NCBI GenBank assembly: GCA_016178045.1
Contig: JACOUE010000019.1
Coordinates: 1,377 to 65,376, forward strand
Direction of reading: 5' to 3'
Length of the DNA: 64,000 nt
Source of the DNA: Chloroflexota bacterium
GTDB lineage: Bacteria > Chloroflexota > Dehalococcoidia > SM23-28-2 > JACOUE01
Numbering within the stretch: position 1 is the stretch's first letter; every line of letters begins with the position of its first letter. The position numbers and the translations under genes are program-made. The notes below the pieces were generated by a model that had not been told where the DNA came from, did not search any database, and worked only from the letters and a program-made list of their open reading frames with translations. This document shows, one piece after another, positions 29,273 through 38,908 of the stretch.

Positions 29273-29353
29273 CAACCGAATAAGAGAAAACCGCGCTCCG
29301 CGCGACCTTTGTTGAGGCCAAGGGTCAAGAAGTCTGACCCGTTGGCCTTTTTT
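29273..29353 (+). ncRNA. Candidate ~80-nt small RNA (promoter P1 to intrinsic terminator)
   Basis: The predicted start lies ~7 nt after the -10 element. The transcript ends at a GC-rich hairpin plus T6. No ORF is present. Confidence 0.35.
29316..29353 (+). terminator. Rho-independent terminator
   Basis: GGCCAAGGGTCA / TGACCC(G)TTGGCC forms a stem with a 7-nt loop, followed by TTTTTT at 29348-29353. Confidence 0.65.
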
Positions 29354-29397
29354 GGTTGCGCGGAAGTCTTTAGGGGGGGACTGTGGTGAACAGGGAC

Positions 29398-29426
29398 TTG
29401 ACAGAACACGACCGCCTGATTAATCT
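29398..29426 (+). promoter_or_regulatory. Sigma70-like promoter P2 (TTGACA-17-TAATCT) for the surface-protein gene
   Basis: TTGACA lies at 29398-29403 and TAATCT at 29421-29426. The spacer shares CGACCGCCT with P1. Confidence 0.45.
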
Positions 29427-29765
29427 GGGTAGCGAAATATCGACGGGTGCGGCTCGGAGATATTCCCCCCGTATTGAAACATGGCCGACTGCGGCCGCAT
29501 CAGCGCTTTAGAAGGAGCGTAGGCAAGAGAATCTGCGTCGAAAAAGAGAGTCGCTCCGGAAGGCCTCGCAAACCTGAATCCGGAGCGACAAACAGGAGGT
29601 GTTCCCCCTGTCACTTTATTATAACAAATCTACAACCGAATCCTTACAGCGGAGGTGGCGATGTCGAAACTGGTCGGCCGCCGGGTCTCCGGCGAAGACC
29701 GATGGCAGTGGTTTCAACGACAGGACAAGCAGTCCCGCGAACCCGCGGGAAGAAAGGGGAGGGCA

Positions 29766-32419
29766 ATGCAACTCATAGTACGGAAGCGAGGCTACAGGAT
29801 CATTCCCGCGCTCGCCATTCTGGCGGCGCTGGTGTTGGCCTCGGTGGTGGTGTTCGCGGTCCCGCTCCCTGCGGGAACCGCCAACGCCCCGAACTTCGAG
29901 TTCGACCCGAACGAGGCCGGCAAAAACGGTGTTCTGGAGGACGACGCCGGCACCGATGGCGTCCTTGACTGGGACGGCGACGACTCCGTAAACGCAGCGG
30001 GCGTCATCGACGCTTGTCGCGTTATCGATGACGATGCCGATGCCTCTACGCCGCCCACCTGCGACGGGGCTGCCGATAGCTTTACCAACGCTGACATCGG
30101 CGAGTGCAGGCAGGCCAACGCGCCGGCAGTAGCTGGCACATCGGATGGCGCTGTACCAGGATCTGGAACCGCCGGCGCCGGACTGCTGGTGTGCGACGGC
30201 AGCGCCGGCAACTTCACCGACCGTGATCACTTCACGGGCGGCAGCAAGAATGAAGGGACGGAGTGGGATATCGTCGGCGGAAGCAACCCGAAGAAGGGTG
30301 ACTTCGCTGAACTGATGCTCTACGCCAAGTTCGGCGACAGCCCGTTCGACGTGGACACGGCCACCGACGACCTCTTCATCTTCACCGGCAGCTCCCGCCT
30401 CGACGTTAACGGCAGCACCCACCTGGATGCGGAACTTAACCAGAGGGACGTAAAACGCGACTGCACCAACGATGGCTTAGACCCCAGCGTGGGCGCCGTC
30501 GACTACGCGGCTTGTGAGACAGCGCGGACGGTAGGCGATATCCTTATCGCCATCGACCTAGAGTCCGGCGGCAATCCCCAGCTGCGAGTGTTCAAGTTCT
30601 GCGGCCCCTCTGGCGCGGGGTCGGAGATCCCTGACTGCGACCCATCAACGGTGGGTACCGACGCGACGACGCGCCCGGTTGCCGGCTCCGTGATGACATG
30701 CCGGCCAAGGGGTTCATGGAGACGTTCGTGGACCTGGCGGCGTTCGGCATCGACGTGACCTGCCCCGGCTTCAGCAACCTGGTCTTCAAGACCCGGGCGT
30801 CCGATGAGCTGAACTCGGAGCTGAAGGACGACTCCGAGAGCACGATCAACATCTCCAAGTGCTCCCTGCGCTGGGAGAAGCGCGATGACCAGGGCGCCCT
30901 GCAGGGAGGGGCTACGTTCAGCGTCGATGGCGCTGACGCAAACAACGACGCAGGCACTTCCGGCGACGACGGCCCCTTCTACTGCCAGGGTGACACGACC
31001 GACCCCGTGACGGTGGTAGACAACGGCCTCAACGACTCCGACCCCGCGGCGGGCAAGATCCTGCTGGACAACGCCTGCTTCGGGACCTACACGATAACGG
31101 AAACCGTTGCTCCCCCCGGCTTCGCGCGTGACAAACTGCTTAGCCGCACGGTTACGGTCAGCGCTGGCGACCCCAACGCGGAGATCGGCACGTCCGCCAA
31201 CGACTGCGCCGACTCCAATCCGGACAACGAGGAGGACTTCTGCAACCGGCTGGGCACGCTGTCGTGGGAGAAGCGGAGCGCCGCGGTGGCGCCGCCGCAC
31301 CCGCTCCTGGGCGGGGCCACGTTCAAGATCGACGGCGCTGACGCTAACAACGACGCCCTCACTTCTGGCGACGACGGCCCCTTCCGCTGCCAGGACACCG
31401 ACACCACCAACGATCTGTTCCCTGGTAGCACCATCGGTGACGAGGACGACCCAGCCCTCCTCATCGTCGATGACACCGACGGGGTCGGCGCGGACAGCGT
31501 CATCGACAAGGACCCGGACGCAGGCCAGATCAAGCTGGAGCGCGTCTGCCTCGGCACCTACACCGTGACCGAGACGGCGCCTCCCGGCGACTTCCTGCCC
31601 GATACCGACCCGACCCGCGTGGAGACGGTGTCCGATGACACCGACCTCGTAGACAACGACCTCGACCTCACCACGGATGAGGCCGAGGAACTCAACGCCG
31701 TGATCGGCACGGCAGTACCGAGTGAGAGCTCGCCCGGCCTGGGCGCTATTCCCGGTACGGACGACCACTCCGGCGCCGGCGGCACCACCCTCTGCACCAA
31801 TAACTCCGACGAGTGCGACTTCCACAACCGCCGGGGTAGCCTCATCATCCGCAAGGAGGCCAAAGACGCTCGCACGGAGGGCACCCATGACCTGCTGGCG
31901 GGGGCGAAGTTCAGGATAACCCCAGACCCGTTGGACGGTGTTGGCACGTTGGACATCACGGATGACCTCACGAACGACGTGTTCAACAGCACGGGCGGGG
32001 TGATCTGCATCGACAACGTCATACCGCGTACCGACTACAGCATTGTCGAGCTGGAGTCGTTCACGATCTACAAGGAGGACAGCAGCACCAAGACGAACGT
32101 GGCTTCCTCCTCCCAGTCGTGTGCAGGCCGGACCTCCGGCGCGGACCCCGTGAAGACCCCGACCACCGTATCGCCGGACGCCCTGTTCACCAACATCCCG
32201 CTCTCGAAGATCACGGTCAGCTTCGAGTCGCTGGTCGCCACGGGCGTCACCAAGGCGAGGATCGAATGTAAGGACAAGTCGGGGACGATAGTGCCGACAC
32301 CCGCGGACGGTACACTTACGGATTTCGACGACACCTCCGAGGTGTACACGGGTCTCGTGCCGAACGATCTGGGTGACGCTGCGGACATCTACACCTGCAC
32401 CATAAAGATTGACCCGTAG
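29766..32419 (+). pseudogene. Large secreted SpaA/Cna-B-like (prealbumin-fold repeat) surface protein, split by a frameshift near 30680-30697
   Basis: ATG 29766 follows a GGGGAGGG RBS and encodes a signal peptide. Three repeats carry G(T/D)Y(T/S)(I/V)xE motifs (FGTYTITETVAPPGF, LGTYTVTETAPPGDF, TDYSIVELES). ORFs 29655..30758 and 30698..32419 are in different frames. Confidence 0.6.
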
Positions 32420-32517
32420 GTGTAAGCGGGGGGCCGCTGTGAGCGGCCCCCCGCGTCTGTTCGAGACGTTGGCTCAGACTGGCTGCTGGCGGGACGCCCC
32501 GCCAGCAGCCCGGTCAT

Positions 32518-32901
32518 CTACTGTACCAGGAGCGTGGTTGAAGCCATCAGCACCCACTGGTTTTTCCCGTGATCACGGAGGTGCTGGAAGGCCTCGATCA
32601 GATAGCTGCCTGGTGCCGCCGTGGGCCAGTCAAAAGACATGCAGCCCGAGGAGTCGACACCGATCCAAAGCGTGCCGCCGCCGCCGTGGACAACGACGTT
32701 GAGAGTCTTGCCAACGACGTAGCTGCAGCCCTCGCCGTGGAAGGACCCGTAAGCGGGAGCCGGGTTCGGTGAGGCCGTCAACGTCGCCGTGCCGGTATCG
32801 GTAGTAGTGGCGGACGGCTTCCCCGCAAGGGCGGGTCCGGTGACCAACATGGCGCCCAAGAGCGCTACGATGGCGGCCAGGATCAGGATGCGGTAGGACA
32901 T
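32518..32901 (-). CDS. Small secreted protein (Ig-like?)
   Basis: ATG 32901 follows a GAGGGGG RBS. The signal peptide reads MSYRILILAAIVALLGAMLVTGPALA. Confidence 0.6.
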   Translation of the reverse strand: MSYRILILAAIVALLGAMLVTGPALAGKPSATTTDTGTATLTASPNPAPAYGSFHGEGCSYVVGKTLNVVVHGGGGTLWIGVDSSGCMSFDWPTAAPGSYLIEAFQHLRDHGKNQWVLMASTTLLVQ

Positions 32902-33370
32902 TTGGAACCCCCTCACTTAACGTTTTCTCGATAATTCAACAATTGGGATGGCCAAACATTACATGTTCTCGAGGCGCGCCTTGTCGAAGAGCACTTCATG
33001 TTCACCGCAATATAAGATGTCGACCATTGGCGACCGTTACGGGTGGCGCAGCCATCTTTGCCAACCTGAACCGAAAATGCTCCTTCGGTTTAGAACACGC
33101 ATAACGACATAAAGGTTAAACAACGGTTATGCTGCGTAGGCGTTTCAACAGACCATGCCTGCGGCAATTGCTCAAGTCGCTTCAATTTTGAAGAGAGCGA
33201 TGAGGAGGCCGTAACCAACGAGGGGACGAATCTGGGGTGGCCCTTTTTCGTAGGCTAGGGGTTTACGCAACTAAACCATCGGCCTGTCCCGGCTCGTTGG
33301 CCGGATAGGCCGCAGGTGTGGCTTAGTCGTTATGGCCTAGTCGAATGAGTAAGGGGCTATCTGAAAACGA

Positions 33371-34285
33371 CTAGCTAAGGACGCCTCGGCGGCGCAGGAA
33401 GGGGATCGACGCCGCCACCTGGTTTTCCGGCGTCTGCTGGCTGATCTCGAAGACGCGCGGCGCCTCCGGGGGGAGCCCCTCCGCTATGTACGACCAGTCG
33501 ACGTCACCGCGGCCGGGGGCGCGGTGGTCCCTGACGCCGTCGACGTCGTGGACGTGGGTGCCGAGGCAGCGGTCCCCGAGCTCGGAGAGCCAACGGTACC
33601 CGTCGGCCAGGCCCAGGCGGTGCAGCACCTCGGCGTGGCCGACGTCGTGCCAGTAGCCGACGAGCTCGCGGGGGTAAGGGGCCAGCAGTTCGTGCACCTC
33701 GTCTACGGTGGGGATCTCGTGGTAGTGGTAGCGGTTCTCCAGGCCCACGGCCACGCCCAGGGGGGCCGCCTCCTCCGCCAGCGCGGCGAGGGAGCGGCGG
33801 GCGGCCTCGAAGTGCGGGACCACGCCCTCCGTCCTCCGCTCGCGGCAGCGCCGGCGCAGACCCGCCACCTCGTCGCCCTCACGCAGGCCCTCCCGGTAGA
33901 GGTGGCGCAGCGCCCTCTCCTCCTCGAAGTCGTCGCTGCCTACGCCGCCCAGGTGGAAGACGACGTAACGGGCCCCAGCCTTCGCCGCGTACTGGAGCGT
34001 GCGCCTGCCGAGCTCGACGGCCAGGCCGCGCTCCTCTTTGTCCGTTGACGCGAGGTTCAGCCCTTCGCTCCAGCGGCCGTCGCGGGTCTTGACCCGGGGC
34101 GTCGGGGAGTGAAGGGAGGTGACGGCGATTTCGCCCGAATCGATCAACTCGTCGACGCCCTCGGGCGGGATGACGTAGTTGATCTCGATGCCGTCGAAGC
34201 CCAGGCGGCGGGCGGCGGCGGCGAAGTCGCGCATCCGCTGGAAGCGGCCCTGCGACCACATGGTGGAGAGGGCAACCTCGGCCAT
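33371..34285 (-). CDS. Sugar phosphate isomerase/epimerase (xylose isomerase-like TIM barrel)
   Basis: FDGIEI...VVFHLG...GLENRYH...HDVGHAE...HVHD shows a metal-ligand pattern. Confidence 0.8.
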   Translation of the reverse strand: MAEVALSTMWSQGRFQRMRDFAAAARRLGFDGIEINYVIPPEGVDELIDSGEIAVTSLHSPTPRVKTRDGRWSEGLNLASTDKEERGLAVELGRRTLQYAAKAGARYVVFHLGGVGSDDFEEERALRHLYREGLREGDEVAGLRRRCRERRTEGVVPHFEAARRSLAALAEEAAPLGVAVGLENRYHYHEIPTVDEVHELLAPYPRELVGYWHDVGHAEVLHRLGLADGYRWLSELGDRCLGTHVHDVDGVRDHRAPGRGDVDWSYIAEGLPPEAPRVFEISQQTPENQVAASIPFLRRRGVLS

Positions 34286-34402
34286 CGACCAACAGGTTAG
34301 ACGATGGCCGGCCGACCAGCAAACGTGAAGCTGCGCTAGCCCCCTTCCGGGCCGGCAATAAGTAACGAACGGCCGGCAGCCAAAGCTAACGGGCGGCCTT
34401 GT

Positions 34403-34720
34403 CTATTGCATCGGCGAGGTGGGCGCGGGGGTGTAGACCGCGCTGTTAAGGCCGGCGACCAAGGAGCCGACCTCAGTGATGAACTTCTGCCACTCAGGGT
34501 CGCTCTGAGCCCGCTGGGTTGCCGACTGGTACGTGGCCAAGTCTGGCCAAGCCGACAGTATGGCCAGAGTGCCCTGTCCTTGACCGATCGCTATCTGGAA
34601 GCCAGCGACCACCTTGCCGCCAATCTTCTCGACCAGCTTGTTGTAGCGGTCCCCCTGGGCCAAGACGGCCTGGGCGCTGCCGGGCGTGGGGACGATCTGA
34701 GTGCCTACGTAGATGGACAT
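34403..34720 (-). CDS. Small ferredoxin-like-fold (NIPSNAP/Dabb-like) protein
   Basis: ATG 34720 follows a GAGGAGG RBS. The protein is 105 aa, and the family call is tentative. Confidence 0.45.
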   Translation of the reverse strand: MSIYVGTQIVPTPGSAQAVLAQGDRYNKLVEKIGGKVVAGFQIAIGQGQGTLAILSAWPDLATYQSATQRAQSDPEWQKFITEVGSLVAGLNSAVYTPAPTSPMQ

Positions 34721-34870
34721 GACTACCTCCTCTCGCACTCGCATGGCTGGCCAGCGACTTCATGATAGGAGCCCGCTGGGCAAAGTCTGTCGGGTAAAAC
34801 CAAGCAATTGCGTGGGGCTTCGCCCCACAGCCCCGGGCACCCTCCCCTCTGGAGTCACGTCGTGCCGAAG

Positions 34871-35203
34871 TTAGGGCTGGTCTGGCCGGTCGTCCTGGGT
34901 CGGCGGCCGGCTATGGGAGGGGGATCGCGTCTCCGTTGTGGCCAAGCGAATTCCCAGGAGGCAGGCCAGGGCCCCACCGAGAAAGGCCGTCCCCAGGCTG
35001 AGGAGGAAGCCACGGGCGTCGTCGGCGCCGGCCAGGGGGACGGTAACGCCGCCGGCCGCTCCGCCCGCTATCGCCAGCGGCAGGGCCAGCATGACGCCGC
35101 GCCCCCGCCGCCACAGGGAGGCAGCGACCCAGGGGAGGAGCCCCAGCAGCGCCCACAGCGCGAAGAACCCCAGGACGAAGGCCAGCCGGACCTCGAAGAT
35201 CAT
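34871..35203 (-). CDS. Small membrane protein (GlsB/YeaQ/YmgE-like?)
   Basis: Three hydrophobic, Gly-rich segments are present (AIAGGAAGG, GTAFLGGALA). Confidence 0.45.
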   Translation of the reverse strand: MIFEVRLAFVLGFFALWALLGLLPWVAASLWRRGRGVMLALPLAIAGGAAGGVTVPLAGADDARGFLLSLGTAFLGGALACLLGIRLATTETRSPSHSRPPTQDDRPDQP

Positions 35204-35210
35204 CCCCTAT

Positions 35211-35323
35211 AGGGTCGAGGGACGGGGGTCGGGGGTCAAGGGGACGGGACTGGGACACGGGACACACGGGACACACGGGACACGAAACACGCGACACGGC
35301 CACTTCGTGTCTCGTGTCTCGAA
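35211..35323. repeat. G-run tract with tandem GGGACAC(AC) units followed by an inverted GTGTCTC x2
   Basis: The plus strand has 10 or more runs of G3-G5. GGGACAC / GGGACACAC units span 35252-35283 and degenerate to GAAACAC and GCGACAC. An imperfect hairpin forms with 35304-35320. Confidence 0.7.
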
Positions 35324-35345
35324 GGGGTGGGGATGAGGTAGCGGC

Positions 35346-36545
35346 CTACTGCCGGCGCGCCACGCGGCCGGGGCGCTCGGAGACTTCGGTCATGGGGAGG
35401 ACCTCGCCCAGGTCGCCCGGTGGGGTCGCGGGCTGCGCCAGCTCCTCGCCGAACTTCTCGGCGATGGCCCGGTGCCCCTCCTCGACGAGCGCCGTCATGA
35501 ACTGGCCCTCGGGCACCACGCGCACCACTTCGCCCTTGCGGAAGATGGCGCCCTTCCCTTTGCCGCCGGCGATGCCGATGTCGGCGTCGCGGGCCTCGCC
35601 GGGGCCGTTGACCACGCAGCCCATAACGGCCACCGTCAGCGGCTTGCCCAGCTTCTGGAAGTACGCTTCCACCTGGTTGGCCAGGGGGATGAGGTCGATC
35701 TCGATGCGGCCGCAGGTGGGGCAGGCGACGATGGTGGGGCCGTGCTGGCGCAGGTTCAGCGAGTTGAGGATGTCGTAGGCGACGGGCACTTCCTCGGCGG
35801 GGTCGGCGGCCAGGGAGACGCGGATCGTGTCGCCGATGCCCTGGGACAGGAGGATGCCGATCCCCACGGCGGAGCGGACGGAGCCAGCCCGGGGGGTGCC
35901 GGCCTCGGTGACGCCCAGGTGCAGCGGGTAGGGCACCAGCTTGGCGATCTCGCGGTAGGCGGTGACCATAGTGGGCACGTCGAACGCCTTGAGCGAGATC
36001 TTGATGTCCTCGAGCCCCATCTCCTGCAAGATGGCGATCTCCCAGAGGGCGGCGTCCACCATTCGCTTGGACTTGGGGGGCGGCATCTCGCCCTCGGCTA
36101 GCGGGGGCAGGGGCGGCAGGCTGCCCTCGTTTACCCCCACGCGGATGGGTATGCCCCGCGCCTTAGCCTCCGTCACCACCTGGCGCACCTTTTCGGCGTC
36201 GCGGATGTTGCCGGGGTTGAGGCGCAGGCCGTGGATGCCGGCCCTGACGGCGGCGAGGGCCAGACGGTGGTCGTAGTGGATGTCGGCGATGAGCGGCGCC
36301 GGCGAGTGGGGGATGATGTCGGGCAGGGCGGCCGCGGCCGCCTTGTCGGGGACGGCGATGCGGACGATATCGCAGCCCAGTTCCGCCAGCTCGGCGACCT
36401 GGGCGAGGGTGGCCTGGGCGTCGGCCGTGTCGGTGTTGGTCATCGACTGGACGACGACAGGGGCGTCGCCGCCGACCTGGACGCTGCCGACGTGGATGGG
36501 GCGGGACTTGCGGCGGCGATGGAGGGCGACCAGCTCTTCCGTCAT
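35346..36545 (-). CDS. ispG: 4-hydroxy-3-methylbut-2-en-1-yl diphosphate synthase IspG
   Basis: RRKSRPIHVGSVQVGGDAPVVVQSMTNT...CPTCGR...MGCVVNGPGE. Confidence 0.93.
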   Translation of the reverse strand: MTEELVALHRRRKSRPIHVGSVQVGGDAPVVVQSMTNTDTADAQATLAQVAELAELGCDIVRIAVPDKAAAAALPDIIPHSPAPLIADIHYDHRLALAAVRAGIHGLRLNPGNIRDAEKVRQVVTEAKARGIPIRVGVNEGSLPPLPPLAEGEMPPPKSKRMVDAALWEIAILQEMGLEDIKISLKAFDVPTMVTAYREIAKLVPYPLHLGVTEAGTPRAGSVRSAVGIGILLSQGIGDTIRVSLAADPAEEVPVAYDILNSLNLRQHGPTIVACPTCGRIEIDLIPLANQVEAYFQKLGKPLTVAVMGCVVNGPGEARDADIGIAGGKGKGAIFRKGEVVRVVPEGQFMTALVEEGHRAIAEKFGEELAQPATPPGDLGEVLPMTEVSERPGRVARRQ

Positions 36546-37633
36546 CGGAACAGGCTATCTCCTCTAAAGATACGGAGGACGTCGAAGTAAGTGATGATAA
36601 CTGCCAAGCTTATGATAGCGGCTAAACCGATAAAATGCACCAGCGCCTCCTTCTCCGGCGCGATGCGCTTGCCCCGGCGCACGATTTCCAGCAGGACGAA
36701 GGCGATGCGGCCGCCGTCCAGCATGGGCAGGGGCAGGATGTTGATGATGGCCAGGTTGATGCTGAGCAGCGCCGTGAAGTCGAGCAGGGTCTGCCAGCCG
36801 GCCTGCTCCACCACCTCGCCCGTGGCCTGAGCGATACCGACAGGCCCCGCTACCTCCGGCCCGCCGCCGCCGCTGAACCACGATATGACCTCGTTCCGGG
36901 CCAGGATGAGGGATTCAATCGTCGCTTTCCAGCCCTTGGGTATTGCTTCCCAGACGGGGAAGCTCTCCTTCTCCACGTAGGCTATGGACTGCATGCGGAT
37001 GCGGATCCCGGTGGGGCCGTCGGTGCGGTAGCGGGCGTAGACGGGGATCTCGAGGATTTCGCCGCCGCCTCCCGTTCTCCCGGAGCCGAAGTCGGACGCC
37101 GGCCGCTTGATGCGGAAGAGCACGGTCTCGCCCATGTTGAGCCGTATCTCCCGTCCCAGCTCCTGGGAGTTCCTGACGTCCATGCCGTTGACGCCCAGGA
37201 TGATGTCGCCGGGCTTGAGACCGGCCTCGGCTGCGGGCGACTTCGGAACGACGTCGGCGATCTCCGTGAGGCCGACGGGGACGTCCTTGGGGATCATGAA
37301 GGCGACCGCGAACAGGAAGATGGGGATGGTGAAGTTCATCATGGAGCCGGACGCCAGCACCAGCAGCCGGATGGGGCGGGGCTTGGCGGCCAGGCTCTGG
37401 GGGTCGCTGGGGTCCTCCTCCCCCACCAGGCGGACGAAGCCGCCCAGGGGCAGCCAGTTGATCGAGTAGATGGTGTCGCCGAACTTGAAGCCCCAGGCGC
37501 GGGGCGGGTACCCCAGCCCGAACTCCAGCACCTTCACGCCCGTGAGCTTGGCCGTGACGAAGTGGCCCAGCTCGTGGACGACGATGAGGAAGATGAGCAT
37601 CCCCAGGAAGGGGAGGATGGTCTGGAGAATCAT
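36542..37633 (-). CDS. rseP: RIP metalloprotease RseP
   Basis: ATG 37633. It has the HELGHF zinc motif, a PDZ region and NILPLPMLDGG. Confidence 0.88.
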   Translation of the reverse strand: MILQTILPFLGMLIFLIVVHELGHFVTAKLTGVKVLEFGLGYPPRAWGFKFGDTIYSINWLPLGGFVRLVGEEDPSDPQSLAAKPRPIRLLVLASGSMMNFTIPIFLFAVAFMIPKDVPVGLTEIADVVPKSPAAEAGLKPGDIILGVNGMDVRNSQELGREIRLNMGETVLFRIKRPASDFGSGRTGGGGEILEIPVYARYRTDGPTGIRIRMQSIAYVEKESFPVWEAIPKGWKATIESLILARNEVISWFSGGGGPEVAGPVGIAQATGEVVEQAGWQTLLDFTALLSINLAIINILPLPMLDGGRIAFVLLEIVRRGKRIAPEKEALVHFIGLAAIISLAVIITYFDVLRIFRGDSLFR

Positions 37634-37747
37634 GGCGCCCCCCACCGCAGGCTGAAGCCTGCGGCATAGACCCTGTCCCAATCGGGGGCGGTCAGCACCT
37701 GCAATGCCCCAGCCTTCGGCCTGGGGTCCCGCCGCAACGTCGTCATC

Positions 37748-38908
37748 CTAGGTCTTCGCTTTCACCCAGTCCTCGGCCCAGGCGCGCGCCCAGGCGTCCG
37801 CCTCCAGCACCTCGTCCAGCGAAGGGTTCGCCGCCCCCCGGTGGGCCGCCAGCGCGCTTTCCGACACCCGGTGGATGTCCAGGAAGCCGATGTGGCCGGC
37901 CAGGAAATGCTGCACGGCCACCTCGTCGGCGGCGGAGAGCACGGCGGGATAGGTCCCGGCCCGTCCTCCGGCTTCCAGGGCAAGGCCCAGACAGGGGTAA
38001 CGCTTCATGTCGATCGCACCAAAGTTGAGCGAGCCGATCCGCCTCAAGTCCAGCCGGGGCGCCGTCGTGCCCGGCAGCCGCTCGGGGTAAGTAAGGGCCG
38101 CCTGAATAGGTAGACGCATATCGGGCACCCCGAGTTGCGCCTTCACCGACCCGTCCCGAAATTCGACCAGGGAGTGGACAATGCTCTCGCGGTGCAGCAG
38201 CACCTCGATGCGCTCCAGGGGTATGTCGAAGAGCCAGCGCGCCTCGATGCACTCCAGCCCCTTGTTCAGGAGGGTGGCGCTGTCCACGGTGATCTTCTGC
38301 CCCATCTGCCAGTTGGGGTGGCGCAGGGCCTCCTCGGCGGTCACGCTGGCCAGCTCCTCCAGCGGCGAGTCTCGGAAGGGGCCGCCGGAGGCGGTGAGGA
38401 TGACCCGCTCCACGGCGTCGAGCGGCTCTCCCCAGAGGCACTGCCAGATAGCGGAATGCTCGGAGTCGATGGGGCGGATCTCGCCGCCGTGGCCCTTTGC
38501 CTCGGCGGTGACGATGTGGCCGGCCATCACCAGCACTTCCTTGTTGGCGATGGCCACCGCCTTGCCGGAGCGGAGCGCCGACAGCGTCGGGCTCAGCCCG
38601 GCCTTCCCCACCGTGGCGATCACCACCAGGTCCACGTCCGGGTGCGACGCCATCTCCTCCGGCGTCGCCCACTGGCAGTTCAGCCCCAGCTCCACCATCC
38701 GGCTGTAGGCGTACTCCGGGTCGCGGCCGGCGCCGGCCAGGCGGGGCCGGAACTCGCGGGCCTGTTCCTCCAGGAGGCTCACGTTGTCGCCGGCGGCCAG
38801 GCCAACGACGCGGAAGCGGTCGGGGAGACTGCGGACGACGTCCAGGGTCTGGCGGCCGATGGAGCCGGTGGAGCCTATGATGGCCAAGCCGGTCACAGGG
38901 CCACCCAT
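37748..38908 (-). CDS. dxr: 1-deoxy-D-xylulose 5-phosphate reductoisomerase
   Basis: LAIIGSTGSIGRQTLDVV...DSEHSAIWQCL. The start is ATG 38908 or GTG 38896 (GTGA overlap with cdsA). Confidence 0.92.
   Translation of the reverse strand: MGGPVTGLAIIGSTGSIGRQTLDVVRSLPDRFRVVGLAAGDNVSLLEEQAREFRPRLAGAGRDPEYAYSRMVELGLNCQWATPEEMASHPDVDLVVIATVGKAGLSPTLSALRSGKAVAIANKEVLVMAGHIVTAEAKGHGGEIRPIDSEHSAIWQCLWGEPLDAVERVILTASGGPFRDSPLEELASVTAEEALRHPNWQMGQKITVDSATLLNKGLECIEARWLFDIPLERIEVLLHRESIVHSLVEFRDGSVKAQLGVPDMRLPIQAALTYPERLPGTTAPRLDLRRIGSLNFGAIDMKRYPCLGLALEAGGRAGTYPAVLSAADEVAVQHFLAGHIGFLDIHRVSESALAAHRGAANPSLDEVLEADAWARAWAEDWVKAKT

Noticed and set aside
29133-29321. A 62-aa minus-strand ORF in the proS upstream region.
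   Set aside because: It lies across two plus-strand promoter elements and the proS promoter region, has odd composition, and has no RBS.
30907-31396. Two ~85-nt segments, ~85% identical (30907-30990 vs 31313-31396), considered as a template/variable repeat pair of a diversity-generating retroelement.
   Set aside because: They are in-frame duplications of the same domain within one gene. No reverse transcriptase is nearby, and the mismatches are not adenine-specific.
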